Shown here piece after piece: positions 20,693 through 34,206 of a stretch of DNA of 64,000 nucleotides. Each line of letters begins with the position of its first letter. Position 1 is the stretch's first letter. The DNA is taken from the NCBI RefSeq assembly GCF_002854065.1, contig NZ_CP024147.1; one strand, written 5' to 3'. The notes under the pieces are model-generated. The model was not told where the DNA came from and searched no databases. It saw only the letters and a program-made list of their open reading frames with translations. The stretch is from Escherichia coli (lineage in GTDB: Bacteria; Pseudomonadota; Gammaproteobacteria; Enterobacterales; Enterobacteriaceae). A program made the translations under genes and the position numbers.

Positions 20693-20747
20693 GGTGATGC
20701 TGCCAACTTACTGATTTAGTGTATGATGGTGTTTTTGAGGTGCTCCA

Positions 20748-21023
20748 GTGGCTTCTGTTTCTATCAGCTGTCCCTCCTGTTCAGCTACTGACGGGGTGGT
20801 GCGTAACGGCAAAAGCACTGCCGGACATCAGCGCTATCTCTGCTCTCACTGCCGTAAAACATGGCAACTGCAGTTCACTTACACCGCTTCTCAACCCGGT
20901 ACGCACCAGAAAATCATTGATATGGCCATGAATGGCGTTGGATGCCGGGCAACCGCCCGCATTATGGGCGTTGGCCTCAACACGATTTTCCGCCATTTAA
21001 AAAACTCAGGCCGCAGTCGGTAA
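20748..21023 (+). CDS. insA: IS1 InsA, 91 aa
   Basis: [43 protein letters not shown]... Confidence 0.95.
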   Translation: MASVSISCPSCSATDGVVRNGKSTAGHQRYLCSHCRKTWQLQFTYTASQPGTHQKIIDMAMNGVGCRATARIMGVGLNTIFRHLKNSGRSR

Positions 21024-21445
21024 CCTCGCGCATACAGCCGGGCAGTGACGTCATCGTCTGCGCGGAAATGGACGAACAGTGGGGATACGTCGGGGCTAAA
21101 TCGCGCCAGCGCTGGCTGTTTTACGCGTATGACAGGCTCCGGAAGACGGTTGTTGCGCACGTATTCGGTGAACGCACTATGGCGACGCTGGGGCGTCTTA
21201 TGAGCCTGCTGTCACCCTTTGACGTGGTGATATGGATGACGGATGGCTGGCCGCTGTATGAATCCCGCCTGAAGGGAAAGCTGCACGTAATCAGCAAGCG
21301 ATATACGCAGCGAATTGAGCGGCATAACCTGAATCTGAGGCAGCACCTGGCACGGCTGGGACGGAAGTCGCTGTCGTTCTCAAAATCGGTGGAGCTGCAT
21401 GACAAAGTCATCGGGCATTATCTGAACATAAAACACTATCAATAA
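20942..21445 (+). CDS. insB: IS1 InsB frame (expressed as InsAB' by -1 frameshift at the TTTAAAAAAC motif)
   Basis: 167-aa InsB translation; slippery A-run near 21000. Confidence 0.9.
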   Translation: MPGNRPHYGRWPQHDFPPFKKLRPQSVTSRIQPGSDVIVCAEMDEQWGYVGAKSRQRWLFYAYDRLRKTVVAHVFGERTMATLGRLMSLLSPFDVVIWMTDGWPLYESRLKGKLHVISKRYTQRIERHNLNLRQHLARLGRKSLSFSKSVELHDKVIGHYLNIKHYQ

Positions 21446-21462
21446 GTTGGAGTCATTACCTG

Positions 21463-21846
21463 ATGCTGGCCCCAAAAAATAAAAACGCTAAAGTGAAAAA
21501 ACAAAAGAAGACTCCGCAGGTTCGTGAATCAGGACGAAATTCATTGTTTGTCGTGATGCTGATAATTATTGTGGGATGGTGCCTGGTGTTCGCCAGTATT
21601 AAAGATATTGCATTCATCTCAACAATTATTGGGTTAATTGATCATTTTATCGGTCCAATAACCATTGCTGGCATCGTTCTGCTGATCATTGTGGCCAAAT
21701 TTACTGGCAATCTTAAGCTGGGATCAGGAGAAAAAAGCAACAGGAAAACGGGGAATCGTAATGCTCACTCTCGCTCTTCGTCGAGAAATTCTTTCCGCGG
21801 TGGTGGCGGTTCTTCAGGAGGCGGCGGTTCATCCGGCCGTTGGTGA
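21463..21846 (+). pseudogene. 3' remnant of a TPM-domain (YgcG-like) membrane protein gene; TPM domain missing
   Basis: Two TM segments and a Gly/Ser-rich tail GGGGSSGGGGSSGRW paralleling the ygcG C-terminus; begins directly at the IS1 end. Confidence 0.5.
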
Positions 21847-22745
21847 TCGTAATGCGCTTAATCTTTATTCTATTCACTTTGTGGTGTCTTCCTGGGCTTG
21901 CCCAGCAAATTGCTGTGCCAGAACTGCGCCAACAGGTGACCGATATTACTGGTACGTTAAGCACTTCTGAACAACAATCACTGACACAGCAACTGCAGGA
22001 TATTACACATAAAACACGGGCGCAGGTCGCTGTATTAGTAGTGCCGTCTACCGGAGACGATTCCATTGAACAATATGCTACAAGGGTTTTTGATAGCTGG
22101 AAACTGGGAGATAAGCAGAGAAACGATGGTATTTTACTTCTGGTTGCCTGGGAGGATCATGCTGTTCGTATTGAGGTTGGCTACGGGCTGGAAGGGGTGG
22201 TTACCAACCTGCAAGCGGCGAAGATTATCAGGGATATATTGATCCCTGCCTTCAAAAGTGATGACCTGATGGGTGGATTAACACTGGCAAGCGAAAATAT
22301 CGGCGCACTTCTGTTGAATGGTGAATTACCGGAAGACAGGGGGGATTATTACAGTATCAATCCCCCTATTCCATTATCGCTTGCTGTAATTATATTGCTG
22401 GCGGTACTTTCATATTTTATTGTTTTTACCGATCCGTCGAATTTACCCTGGATCACTCTCACTGGCGCCATTTACGGGATGGTATTCCTCTATGTTGCCG
22501 AGCCAGGACCATGGACCAATTTAATCGTTGCCTGCGGTATGTTAACGCCTTTTGCGATCGTACCACTGGTTATTTTTTGGCTTATCGTCAATAAAAAGCT
22601 ACGCGCCAAATACAAAAAACTCAGTAAAGAAAGAGCTACAAGAAAAGGTTCTTCTTCATCCTCTTCCGGTGGAGGCTCAAGTGGCGGCGGATTTAGCGGC
22701 GGGGGCGGTTCTTCTGGAGGTGGCGGCGCATCCGGCCGCTGGTAA
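21840..22745 (+). CDS. ygcG: TPM-domain membrane protein YgcG (start uncertain, 21840 or 21852)
   Basis: ORF translation; signal peptide, TPM domain, TM helices, Gly/Ser-rich tail ending SGRW. Confidence 0.85.
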   Translation: MVIVMRLIFILFTLWCLPGLAQQIAVPELRQQVTDITGTLSTSEQQSLTQQLQDITHKTRAQVAVLVVPSTGDDSIEQYATRVFDSWKLGDKQRNDGILLLVAWEDHAVRIEVGYGLEGVVTNLQAAKIIRDILIPAFKSDDLMGGLTLASENIGALLLNGELPEDRGDYYSINPPIPLSLAVIILLAVLSYFIVFTDPSNLPWITLTGAIYGMVFLYVAEPGPWTNLIVACGMLTPFAIVPLVIFWLIVNKKLRAKYKKLSKERATRKGSSSSSSGGGSSGGGFSGGGGSSGGGGASGRW

Positions 22746-22804
22746 CTCAACCATAAAAAATGCCAGCCCGGAGGCTGGCATTTTTAAATCAGATAAAGTC
22801 AGTC

Positions 22805-24118
<1,314 letters not shown>

Positions 24119-24190
24119 TCACTAGTTAAACTGAAACTCCAGACAAACAACGCGTACCCAGGGTACGCGTTGCCGTTCTAACTTTTTTAC

Positions 24191-25843
<1,653 letters not shown>

Positions 25844-26055
25844 TTAGGTTGAAAAGACGATGGAATAACCAGGACGGGAAAGCAGTATACCCGAACATGA
25901 CCTGTGCCACAAACTTTCATTATCCCTCCTCTTCGCCAGCGCACTATTGAAATCAGGAGTGAGAAAATAGCCCCTTTGGGGTAAATGTTTTTGACGCAAA
26001 TCAAGCGCTTGTCATTTAAAAAATGACACAAATGGCGCTTGACCGCGTAATTCCC

Positions 26056-26847
26056 TTAGAGATCAATTTCCTGCCGTTTTACCTGTTGCCAGACTTCTTC
26101 CATTGTTTCGAGGTCAACACCTGTCATTTCCAGTCCACGCGCGGCAACAATACGCTCCACTTCGCGAAAACGACGCTCGAATTTTTCGTTCGCTTTTTGC
26201 AATGCGATTTCCGCTTTTGTCCCTAAATGACGAGCCAGATTGACCGTGGCAAACAGCAGGTCCCCCATTTCCTCCTCCAGTTTAGCCTGGTCGACAACAG
26301 CCTGCCGCGCTTCGTACATCACCTCGTCGATCTCTTCGTAGACTTTATCGACTACCGGACCAAGCGTCGTCCAATCGAAGCCAACGTTGGCGCAACGTTT
26401 CTGGATTTTTTGCGCACGCATTAAAGCCGGTAAACTACGAGGAATATCGTCCAGCGCCGAATGCTGCGCTTTCTGCGCGCGCTCTCCGGTTTTGATTTGC
26501 TCCCAACGGGCAAGCACTTCACTACTGTTTTCGGCAGAACTGTCAGCAAAAACATGCGGATGGCGACGCTCTAATTTATCGCTAATCGCAGCGCAAATAT
26601 CATTAAAGTCAAAGCGCCCTTCTTCCTGAGCCATTTGTGCGTAAAACACCACCTGGAACAGCAGATCGCCGAGTTCACCGCGCAGATCGTCAAAATCTTC
26701 ACGGGCGATGGCGTCCAGCACTTCGTAGGTTTCTTCAAGGGTGTAAGGCGCAATGGTGGCAAATGTCTGCTCTTTATCCCACGGGCAGCCGTTTTCCGGG
26801 TCGCGCAGGCGCTGCATAATAGTGAGCAAACGGTCGATTTGATTCAT
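26056..26847 (-). CDS. mazG: Nucleoside triphosphate pyrophosphohydrolase MazG, 263 aa
   Basis: ORF translation; tandem MazG-type NTP-PPase domains. Confidence 0.93.
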   Translation of the reverse strand: MNQIDRLLTIMQRLRDPENGCPWDKEQTFATIAPYTLEETYEVLDAIAREDFDDLRGELGDLLFQVVFYAQMAQEEGRFDFNDICAAISDKLERRHPHVFADSSAENSSEVLARWEQIKTGERAQKAQHSALDDIPRSLPALMRAQKIQKRCANVGFDWTTLGPVVDKVYEEIDEVMYEARQAVVDQAKLEEEMGDLLFATVNLARHLGTKAEIALQKANEKFERRFREVERIVAARGLEMTGVDLETMEEVWQQVKRQEIDL

Positions 26848-26917
26848 TAGAATGTCCTGAAAATTGCAGGTCCGTCAGGTGGAAACCTGTGACCAGAATA
26901 GAAGTGAGTTAGTAACA

Positions 26918-27253
26918 CTACCCAATCAGTACGTTAATTTTGGCTTTAATGAGTTGTAATTCCTCTGGGGCAACTGTTCCTTTCTTCGTTGCTCCTCTTG
27001 CCCGCCAGGCGATACTTTTTACCTGATCAGCTAACGCTACGCCATCACGTTCCTGACCGGATAAAACAACTTCGAACGGATATCCTTTTGATTGCGTTGT
27101 ACAAGGAACACACAGACACATACCTGTTTTGTTGTTGTACATGAACGGACTCAGGACAACAGCCGGACGATGTCCGGCTTGCTCGCTACCTTTTGTCGGG
27201 TCAAAATCAACCCAAATCAGATCGCCCATATCGGGTACGTATCGGCTTACCAT
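26918..27253 (-). CDS. mazF: MazF endoribonuclease toxin, 111 aa
   Basis: [36 protein letters not shown]... Confidence 0.95.
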   Translation of the reverse strand: MVSRYVPDMGDLIWVDFDPTKGSEQAGHRPAVVLSPFMYNNKTGMCLCVPCTTQSKGYPFEVVLSGQERDGVALADQVKSIAWRARGATKKGTVAPEELQLIKAKINVLIG

Positions 27254-27501
27254 TACCAGACTTCCTTATCTTTCGGCTCTCCCCAGTCGATATTCTCGTG
27301 GAGGTTTTCCGGCGTGATGTCGTTGACCAGTTCAGCAAGCGTAAATACGGGCTCTTTACGCACTGGCTCAATAATTAATTTGCCATCCACCAGGTCAATC
27401 TTCACTTCATCATCAATATTCAGATTGAGCGCCTGCATTAACGTAGCCGGGATCCGCACCGCCGGTGAATTTCCCCAACGCTTTACGCTACTGTGGATCA
27501 T
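27253..27501 (-). CDS. mazE: MazE antitoxin, 82 aa
   Basis: [33 protein letters not shown]...; stop overlaps mazF start. Confidence 0.95.
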
Positions 27502-27519
27502 AACCCTTTCCTCAAACCG

Positions 27520-27570
27520 CTATCATATGTAGATACAGTATATATCAATCTACATTGTAGATACGAGCAA
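27520..27570 (-). promoter_or_regulatory. mazEF promoter/operator region with repeated TGTAGATAC-type palindromic motifs
   Basis: ...ATGTAGATACAGTATATATCAATCTACATTGTAGATAC... directly upstream of mazE. Confidence 0.5.
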
Positions 27571-27578
27571 ATTTCTGC

Positions 27579-29813
27579 CTAACTCCCGTGCAACCGACGC
27601 GCGTCGATAACATCCGGCACCTGGTTGAGTTTACCCAGCACGCGACCCAGCACCTGCAGGTTGTAAATCTCAATGGTCATGTCGATGGTCGCCAGTTGCT
27701 GTTTGGTGTCGCTACGGCTGGCAACGCCAAGTACGTTCACCTTCTCGTTGGCGAGAATGGTCGTGATATCACGTAACAACCCACTACGATCATTAGCCAC
27801 CACGCGGACCACCAGCGAATATCCGGCGGAGTAGCTCTCGCCCCATACCGCGTCAACAATGCGTTCTGGCGCATGGGAGCGCAGTTCCGCCAGTTGTTCG
27901 CAATCGGCGCGGTGTACTGAAATACCGCGTCCCTGGGTAATGAAGCCGACAATCTCATCTCCAGGAATCGGCTGGCAGCAGCGCGCGATGTGGTGCATCA
28001 GGTTACCAACACCTTCAACCACCACACGACCGTTATCTTTACTGCGGTTTTGCGGCGTGTAGCTTTTTTGCTGAAGCTGTTTCAGCGCGGCGGCGTCCTG
28101 CTCTTCGGCACTCGGCTTATTAAATTGCGATTGCAGGAAGTTCACCATCTGATTGAGACGGATATCCCCGCCACCAATCGCCGCCAGCAACTCGTCGACA
28201 TCATTGAAGTTGTAACGCGGCAGCAGATGTTTTTCTGCTTCTTTCAGGCTGATCCCCAGATGTTCCAGCTCGTCGTCAAGGATTTGCCGCCCAGCCAGAA
28301 TGTTTTTGTCACGGTCCTGTTTACGGAACCAGGCGTGAATTTTCGAACGCCCACGGCTGGTTGTGACGTAACCGAGGTTTGGGTTTAACCAGTCACGGCT
28401 GGGGTTCGGCTGTTTCTGGGTGATAATTTCAATCTGGTCGCCCATCTGCAGCTGGTAGGTGAACGGCACAATGCGCCCGCCAATTTTTGCCCCGATGCAG
28501 CGGTGTCCGACATCACTGTGGATGTGGTAAGCGAAGTCCAGCGGCGTTGATCCCGCAGGCAAATCAACGACATCACCTTTCGGCGTAAAGACATACACCC
28601 GGTCGTCAAACACCTGACTACGTACTTCGTCGAGCATTTCGCCGGAATCAGCCATCTCTTCCTGCCACGCAATCAGTTTACGCAGCCAGGCAATCCGGTC
28701 TTCATGTCCCGAACGTGCGCCGCCAGCTGCCGCGCCCTCTTTATATTTCCAGTGCGCAGCAACACCCAACTCTGCATCTTCATGCATCTGTTTGGTGCGG
28801 ATTTGGATCTCAACGGTTTTTCCACCCGGCCCCAGAACCACGGTATGAATAGACTGATAACCGTTTGGTTTCGGGTTAGCGACGTAATCGTCAAACTCAT
28901 CCGGCAGGTGGCGATAGTGAGTGTGCACTATCCCCAGTGCGGCATAACAATCCTGTAAACGCTCGGCGACAATACGTACCGCACGCACATCAAACAGCTC
29001 ATCGAAGGCGAGGTTCTTTTTCTGCATTTTGCGCCAGATGCTGTAGATGTGTTTCGGACGACCATACACTTCAGCTTTAACGCCTTCAGCTTTCATCTCA
29101 GCGCGCAGATGGCCGACAAACTCTTCGATATAGTGTTCGCGGTCGAGACGGCGTTCATGCAACAGTTTTGCGATGCGTTTGTATTCGGTCGGGTGGAGAT
29201 AACGGAAGCAGTAATCTTCCAGCTCCCATTTCAGTTGCCCAATCCCAAGACGGTTTGCCAACGGCGCGTAGATATTGGTGCACTCTTTTGCCGCCAGTAC
29301 GCGTTCATCTTCCGGCGCATCTTTTACTTCACGCAGATGAGCAATACGCTCCGCCAGTTTGATGACCACGCAGCGAAAATCATCGACCATCGCCAATAAC
29401 ATCCGGCGAACGTTATCGACCTGTTCGGAGGAAACAGAATCAGTGTGCGTCGCTTTCAGCTGGCGGATCGCCGCCATATCACGCACGCCGTGAATAAGGT
29501 TAACGACCGACTTACCGACGCTCTCACGCAGCACATCTTCGCTGACTACGTTGGCATCCGCCAGAGGGAAAAGCAGCGCCGCCCGCAGCGTGTCAATGTC
29601 CATACTTAATGTCGAGAGGATCTCCACCATCTCAACACCACGCCACAATAACAGACTGGCATCCGGATGCCCCTGCGTCTGTTGCAGACAATACGCCCAG
29701 GTTTCGGCTAAGCACTCACACGACTTCTGGCTGGTAATACCCAGACTTGCGATCCATTTTTCCGGATCAAATTCACCAGCCTTATTGATATGTGCACTTC
29801 TTACCGCAACCAT
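27579..29813 (-). CDS. relA: GTP pyrophosphokinase ((p)ppGpp synthetase I) RelA, 744 aa
   Basis: ORF translation; RelA/SpoT synthetase, TGS and ACT regions. Confidence 0.96.
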   Translation of the reverse strand: MVAVRSAHINKAGEFDPEKWIASLGITSQKSCECLAETWAYCLQQTQGHPDASLLLWRGVEMVEILSTLSMDIDTLRAALLFPLADANVVSEDVLRESVGKSVVNLIHGVRDMAAIRQLKATHTDSVSSEQVDNVRRMLLAMVDDFRCVVIKLAERIAHLREVKDAPEDERVLAAKECTNIYAPLANRLGIGQLKWELEDYCFRYLHPTEYKRIAKLLHERRLDREHYIEEFVGHLRAEMKAEGVKAEVYGRPKHIYSIWRKMQKKNLAFDELFDVRAVRIVAERLQDCYAALGIVHTHYRHLPDEFDDYVANPKPNGYQSIHTVVLGPGGKTVEIQIRTKQMHEDAELGVAAHWKYKEGAAAGGARSGHEDRIAWLRKLIAWQEEMADSGEMLDEVRSQVFDDRVYVFTPKGDVVDLPAGSTPLDFAYHIHSDVGHRCIGAKIGGRIVPFTYQLQMGDQIEIITQKQPNPSRDWLNPNLGYVTTSRGRSKIHAWFRKQDRDKNILAGRQILDDELEHLGISLKEAEKHLLPRYNFNDVDELLAAIGGGDIRLNQMVNFLQSQFNKPSAEEQDAAALKQLQQKSYTPQNRSKDNGRVVVEGVGNLMHHIARCCQPIPGDEIVGFITQGRGISVHRADCEQLAELRSHAPERIVDAVWGESYSAGYSLVVRVVANDRSGLLRDITTILANEKVNVLGVASRSDTKQQLATIDMTIEIYNLQVLGRVLGKLNQVPDVIDARRLHGS

Positions 29814-29860
29814 CGTCCTCTCCTTTAGGGACCAGACCTACCGAAATCGGCAAATCGCAA

Positions 29861-31162
29861 CTATTTAACGCGCGAGAAAAGTACCATCGATTCCAGATGT
29901 CCCGTGTGTGGGAACATATCCAGCATCGCCAGTCGCGCAATGGTATATCCTGCTTTTAATAACGCTTCGCTATCCCGAGCCAGCGTTGCAGGGTTACAGG
30001 ATACATAAACTATACGAATAGGTTCCAGTTTTATAATTTGCTGCATAACACCTGCGGCACCTGCTCGCGCCGGGTCCAGCAACACTTTATCGAAGCCGTT
30101 TTTCGCCCACGGCTGCTTTGTGACATCTTCTTCAAGATTTTCGTGATAAAACGTCACATTCTGTAAGCCATTAAGACGCGCATTCTGCTGGCCTTTTTCC
30201 ACCAGCGCCGGAACACCTTCTACACCGACCACACTGGCAGCTTGTGTCACCAATGGCAGTGTAAAGTTGCCCATACCGCAGAACAGATCCAGTACGCGAT
30301 CTTCAGGTTGCACATCCAGCCATTCCAACGCACGCGCTACCATTTTTTGGTTCACACCCGCATTGACCTGAATAAAATCGCGCGGGCTAAAAGTTAAGCG
30401 CAACCCGTTTGAGTCATACCAGGGCATCTCACCAGAGACGGTTTCGAGTATCTCACTATCGGGGGCGAGATACAGATCCAGGCCTTCAGAATGCGAAAAG
30501 CGTTCCAGTTTTTCGCGATCTGCCGAACTTAGCGGTGCGGTATGGCGCAAAATCATCAGCGTGCCGCTGGTTGCCTGTACCAGTTCAACATGACCAAGAT
30601 GGCGCATAGCTTGTAAGCTGCCCAGGCATGCCCTGACTTTGGGCAGCAATGCTTCAAGTTGGGGCACTAAAATGGGGCATTGTTTAACGTCGACAATGTC
30701 ACTGGAGCCCGCTTTGCGAAACCCCATCTGAAGTTGCTGTGTTTTCGGTAAGTAATTCAGACTTAAACGCGCGCGACGGCGATAGCCCCAGGGAACATCG
30801 GCGATCACTTCAGAGACTTCGTGTTTCATTAATCGGGCGAGTGCCGCACTTTTGCTTCGCTGCTGTAAATCCACGCTGGCGTGTTGTTGCTGACAGCCGC
30901 CGCATACGCCAAAATGAGGACAGCGTGGCGTTTCGCGTTCCGGGCTATCGCTTAACCGGCGTACGACTTTAGCGCGGGCATACTGTTTTTTATCTTCAGT
31001 AACAGTAACTTCCGCGTTTTCCTGCGGCAATAATCCGGGGATAAATAGCGTTTTGCCGTTATGTCGCGCCACGCCCTGACCAAAAGAGTCGAGGTCGTTG
31101 ACTGAAACGGTTATGATCTGACGCGTCGTCGTGCGTCGTTTTGCAGAGTAGAATTGCGCCAT
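29861..31162 (-). CDS. rlmD: 23S rRNA (uracil1939-C5)-methyltransferase RlmD (RumA), 433 aa
   Basis: ORF translation; TRAM domain, Cys cluster, SAM-methyltransferase fold. Confidence 0.93.
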   Translation of the reverse strand: MAQFYSAKRRTTTRQIITVSVNDLDSFGQGVARHNGKTLFIPGLLPQENAEVTVTEDKKQYARAKVVRRLSDSPERETPRCPHFGVCGGCQQQHASVDLQQRSKSAALARLMKHEVSEVIADVPWGYRRRARLSLNYLPKTQQLQMGFRKAGSSDIVDVKQCPILVPQLEALLPKVRACLGSLQAMRHLGHVELVQATSGTLMILRHTAPLSSADREKLERFSHSEGLDLYLAPDSEILETVSGEMPWYDSNGLRLTFSPRDFIQVNAGVNQKMVARALEWLDVQPEDRVLDLFCGMGNFTLPLVTQAASVVGVEGVPALVEKGQQNARLNGLQNVTFYHENLEEDVTKQPWAKNGFDKVLLDPARAGAAGVMQQIIKLEPIRIVYVSCNPATLARDSEALLKAGYTIARLAMLDMFPHTGHLESMVLFSRVK

Positions 31163-31218
31163 TGGCGAGACTTTCTCAATTTAACAGTGTGACCTTAATT
31201 GTCCCATAACGGAACTCC

Positions 31219-33975
31219 ATGACCAACTACAGCCTGCGCGCACGCATGATGATTCTGATCCTGGCACCGACCGTCCTTATTGGTTTATTGCTGAGTATCT
31301 TTTTCGTCGTGCATCGCTATAACGACTTGCAGCGTCAACTGGAAGATGCCGGTGCCAGCATTATTGAGCCGCTTGCAGTTTCTACTGAATATGGCATGAG
31401 CCTGCAAAATCGCGAATCTATCGGTCAGTTAATAAGCGTACTGCATCGTCGCCATTCCGATATTGTTCGCGCGATTTCGGTTTATGATGAAAATAACCGA
31501 CTCTTTGTCACCTCCAATTTTCATCTTGATCCCTCATCAATGCAGCTCGGCAGCAACGTGCCGTTTCCTCGCCAGCTCACTGTCACTCGTGACGGCGATA
31601 TTATGATCCTCCGCACGCCGATTATTTCTGAGAGTTACTCCCCTGACGAATCGCCCAGTAGCGATGCCAAAAATAGTCAAAATATGTTGGGATATATTGC
31701 GCTTGAGCTGGATCTTAAATCGGTTCGCTTGCAGCAATATAAAGAGATCTTTATTTCCAGCGTGATGATGCTGTTTTGTATCGGTATTGCGCTTATTTTT
31801 GGCTGGCGCTTAATGCGCGATGTAACCGGTCCGATTCGCAACATGGTGAATACCGTAGACCGCATCCGTCGCGGGCAACTCGACAGCCGGGTGGAAGGAT
31901 TTATGCTTGGTGAGCTGGATATGCTCAAAAACGGTATCAACTCGATGGCAATGTCGCTGGCTGCTTATCACGAAGAGATGCAGCACAATATCGACCAGGC
32001 GACGTCCGATCTGCGTGAAACGCTGGAGCAGATGGAAATTCAGAACGTTGAGTTGGATCTGGCGAAAAAGCGCGCCCAGGAAGCGGCGCGTATTAAATCC
32101 GAGTTTCTGGCAAATATGTCACACGAGCTGCGTACACCACTGAATGGTGTTATTGGCTTTACCCGCCTGACGCTGAAAACAGAATTAACACCAACGCAGC
32201 GCGATCACCTGAATACGATTGAACGTTCGGCAAATAATTTGCTGGCAATAATTAATGATGTTCTCGACTTCTCAAAACTGGAAGCAGGTAAGCTGATTCT
32301 GGAAAGTATTCCATTCCCACTACGCAGCACGCTGGATGAAGTCGTTACCCTGCTGGCTCATTCTTCTCACGATAAAGGGCTGGAACTGACGCTCAATATT
32401 AAGAGCGACGTGCCTGATAACGTGATCGGCGACCCACTGCGATTACAGCAAATCATCACTAATCTGGTGGGGAATGCAATTAAATTCACCGAGAATGGCA
32501 ACATTGATATTCTGGTAGAAAAACGTGCGCTGAGTAATACCAAAGTGCAGATTGAAGTGCAGATTAGGGATACCGGCATTGGTATTCCTGAACGCGATCA
32601 ATCGCGCTTATTCCAGGCCTTCCGACAGGCTGATGCCAGTATTTCCCGCCGTCATGGTGGCACCGGGCTGGGGCTGGTGATTACACAAAAACTGGTTAAT
32701 GAAATGGGCGGCGATATTTCGTTCCATAGCCAGCCGAATCGCGGTTCAACTTTCTGGTTCCACATTAATCTCGATCTGAACCCGAACATTATTATCGAAG
32801 GGCCATCCACCCAGTGCCTCGCCGGTAAGCGCCTGGCCTATGTCGAACCAAACTCCGCAGCAGCGCAATGCACGCTGGATATTTTAAGTGAAACGCCGCT
32901 GGAAGTGGTTTATAGCCCAACGTTCTCCGCGCTGCCTCCCGCGCATTACGACATGATGTTGTTAGGCATCGCGGTGACCTTCCGCGAGCCGCTAACAATG
33001 CAACATGAGCGATTAGCGAAAGCGGTATCGATGACCGATTTCCTGATGCTGGCACTTCCTTGCCATGCACAAGTCAATGCTGAAAAACTCAAGCAAGATG
33101 GTATCGGCGCGTGTCTGCTGAAACCATTAACACCTACGCGCCTGTTGCCTGCCCTGACGGAATTTTGTCATCACAAACAAAACACGCTTTTGCCTGTAAC
33201 CGATGAAAGTAAGCTGGCAATGACAGTCATGGCGGTTGATGACAACCCCGCTAACCTGAAACTTATCGGCGCATTGCTGGAAGATATGGTGCAACATGTG
33301 GAACTTTGCGATAGCGGGCATCAGGCGGTTGAACGGGCGAAACAGATGCCGTTCGATTTGATCTTAATGGATATTCAAATGCCGGACATGGACGGCATTC
33401 GGGCCTGCGAACTCATCCACCAGCTCCCCCATCAGCAACAAACGCCGGTTATCGCGGTAACGGCGCATGCAATGGCCGGGCAAAAAGAGAAGCTGCTTGG
33501 CGCAGGGATGAGTGATTATCTGGCGAAACCGATTGAAGAAGAGCGATTGCATAATTTGCTGTTGCGCTACAAGCCTGGCAGCGGTATTTCCTCTCGCGTC
33601 GTGACGCCCGAAGTCAACGAAATTGTGGTGAACCCGAATGCGACCCTCGACTGGCAACTGGCACTACGCCAGGCAGCAGGAAAAACCGATCTGGCGCGCG
33701 ATATGCTGCAAATGTTACTCGATTTCCTGCCTGAAGTTCGCAACAAAGTTGAGGAACAGCTGGTTGGAGAAAACCCGGAAGGCCTGGTTGATTTGATTCA
33801 TAAACTGCATGGCAGTTGCGGCTATAGCGGTGTGCCGCGTATGAAGAATCTCTGCCAACTGATCGAACAACAGCTACGTAGCGGTACTAAAGAAGAAGAT
33901 TTGGAGCCGGAGCTGCTGGAACTGTTGGACGAGATGGATAATGTCGCGCGCGAAGCCAGCAAAATTCTCGGGTAA
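31219..33975 (+). CDS. barA: Hybrid sensor histidine kinase BarA, 918 aa
   Basis: ORF translation; HAMP, HisKA (HELRTPLN), ATPase, receiver and HPt domains. Confidence 0.96.
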
Positions 33976-34049
33976 CGGACGTCTTGTCGAGTAGCAATCG
34001 GCTTTTTATGACGCTGGTTTCAGATTGGTGACAAAGTGCCTGTGTTTAT

Positions 34050-34085
34050 GCCGGATGCGGCGTTAACGCCTTATCCGGCCTACAA
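34050..34085. repeat. REP element downstream of barA
   Basis: GCCGGATGCGGCGTTAACGCCTTATCCGGCCTACA. Confidence 0.7.
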
Positions 34086-34206
34086 AACCAATTAAATTCA
34101 ATGAATTAAAAAATGATGTAGACCTGATACATAGCACAACAGGCTATTTTGCGTTTAGCATCAGTCTCAAACCGGCTCCAGATAGAGCCGGTTTTGGTTT
34201 TCTGTC

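Larger units (their letters stand above)
20693..21460 (+). mobile_element. IS1 insertion sequence, 768 bp
   Basis: Ends GGTGATGCTGCCAACTTACTGAT ... AATAAGTTGGAGTCATTACC; carries insA and insB; no 8-9 bp target-site duplication. Confidence 0.95.

Noticed and set aside
20693-21460. IS1 as part of a composite transposon or cargo island
   Set aside because: Only one IS1 copy in the window, no cargo genes, and the flanking genes are core chromosome.
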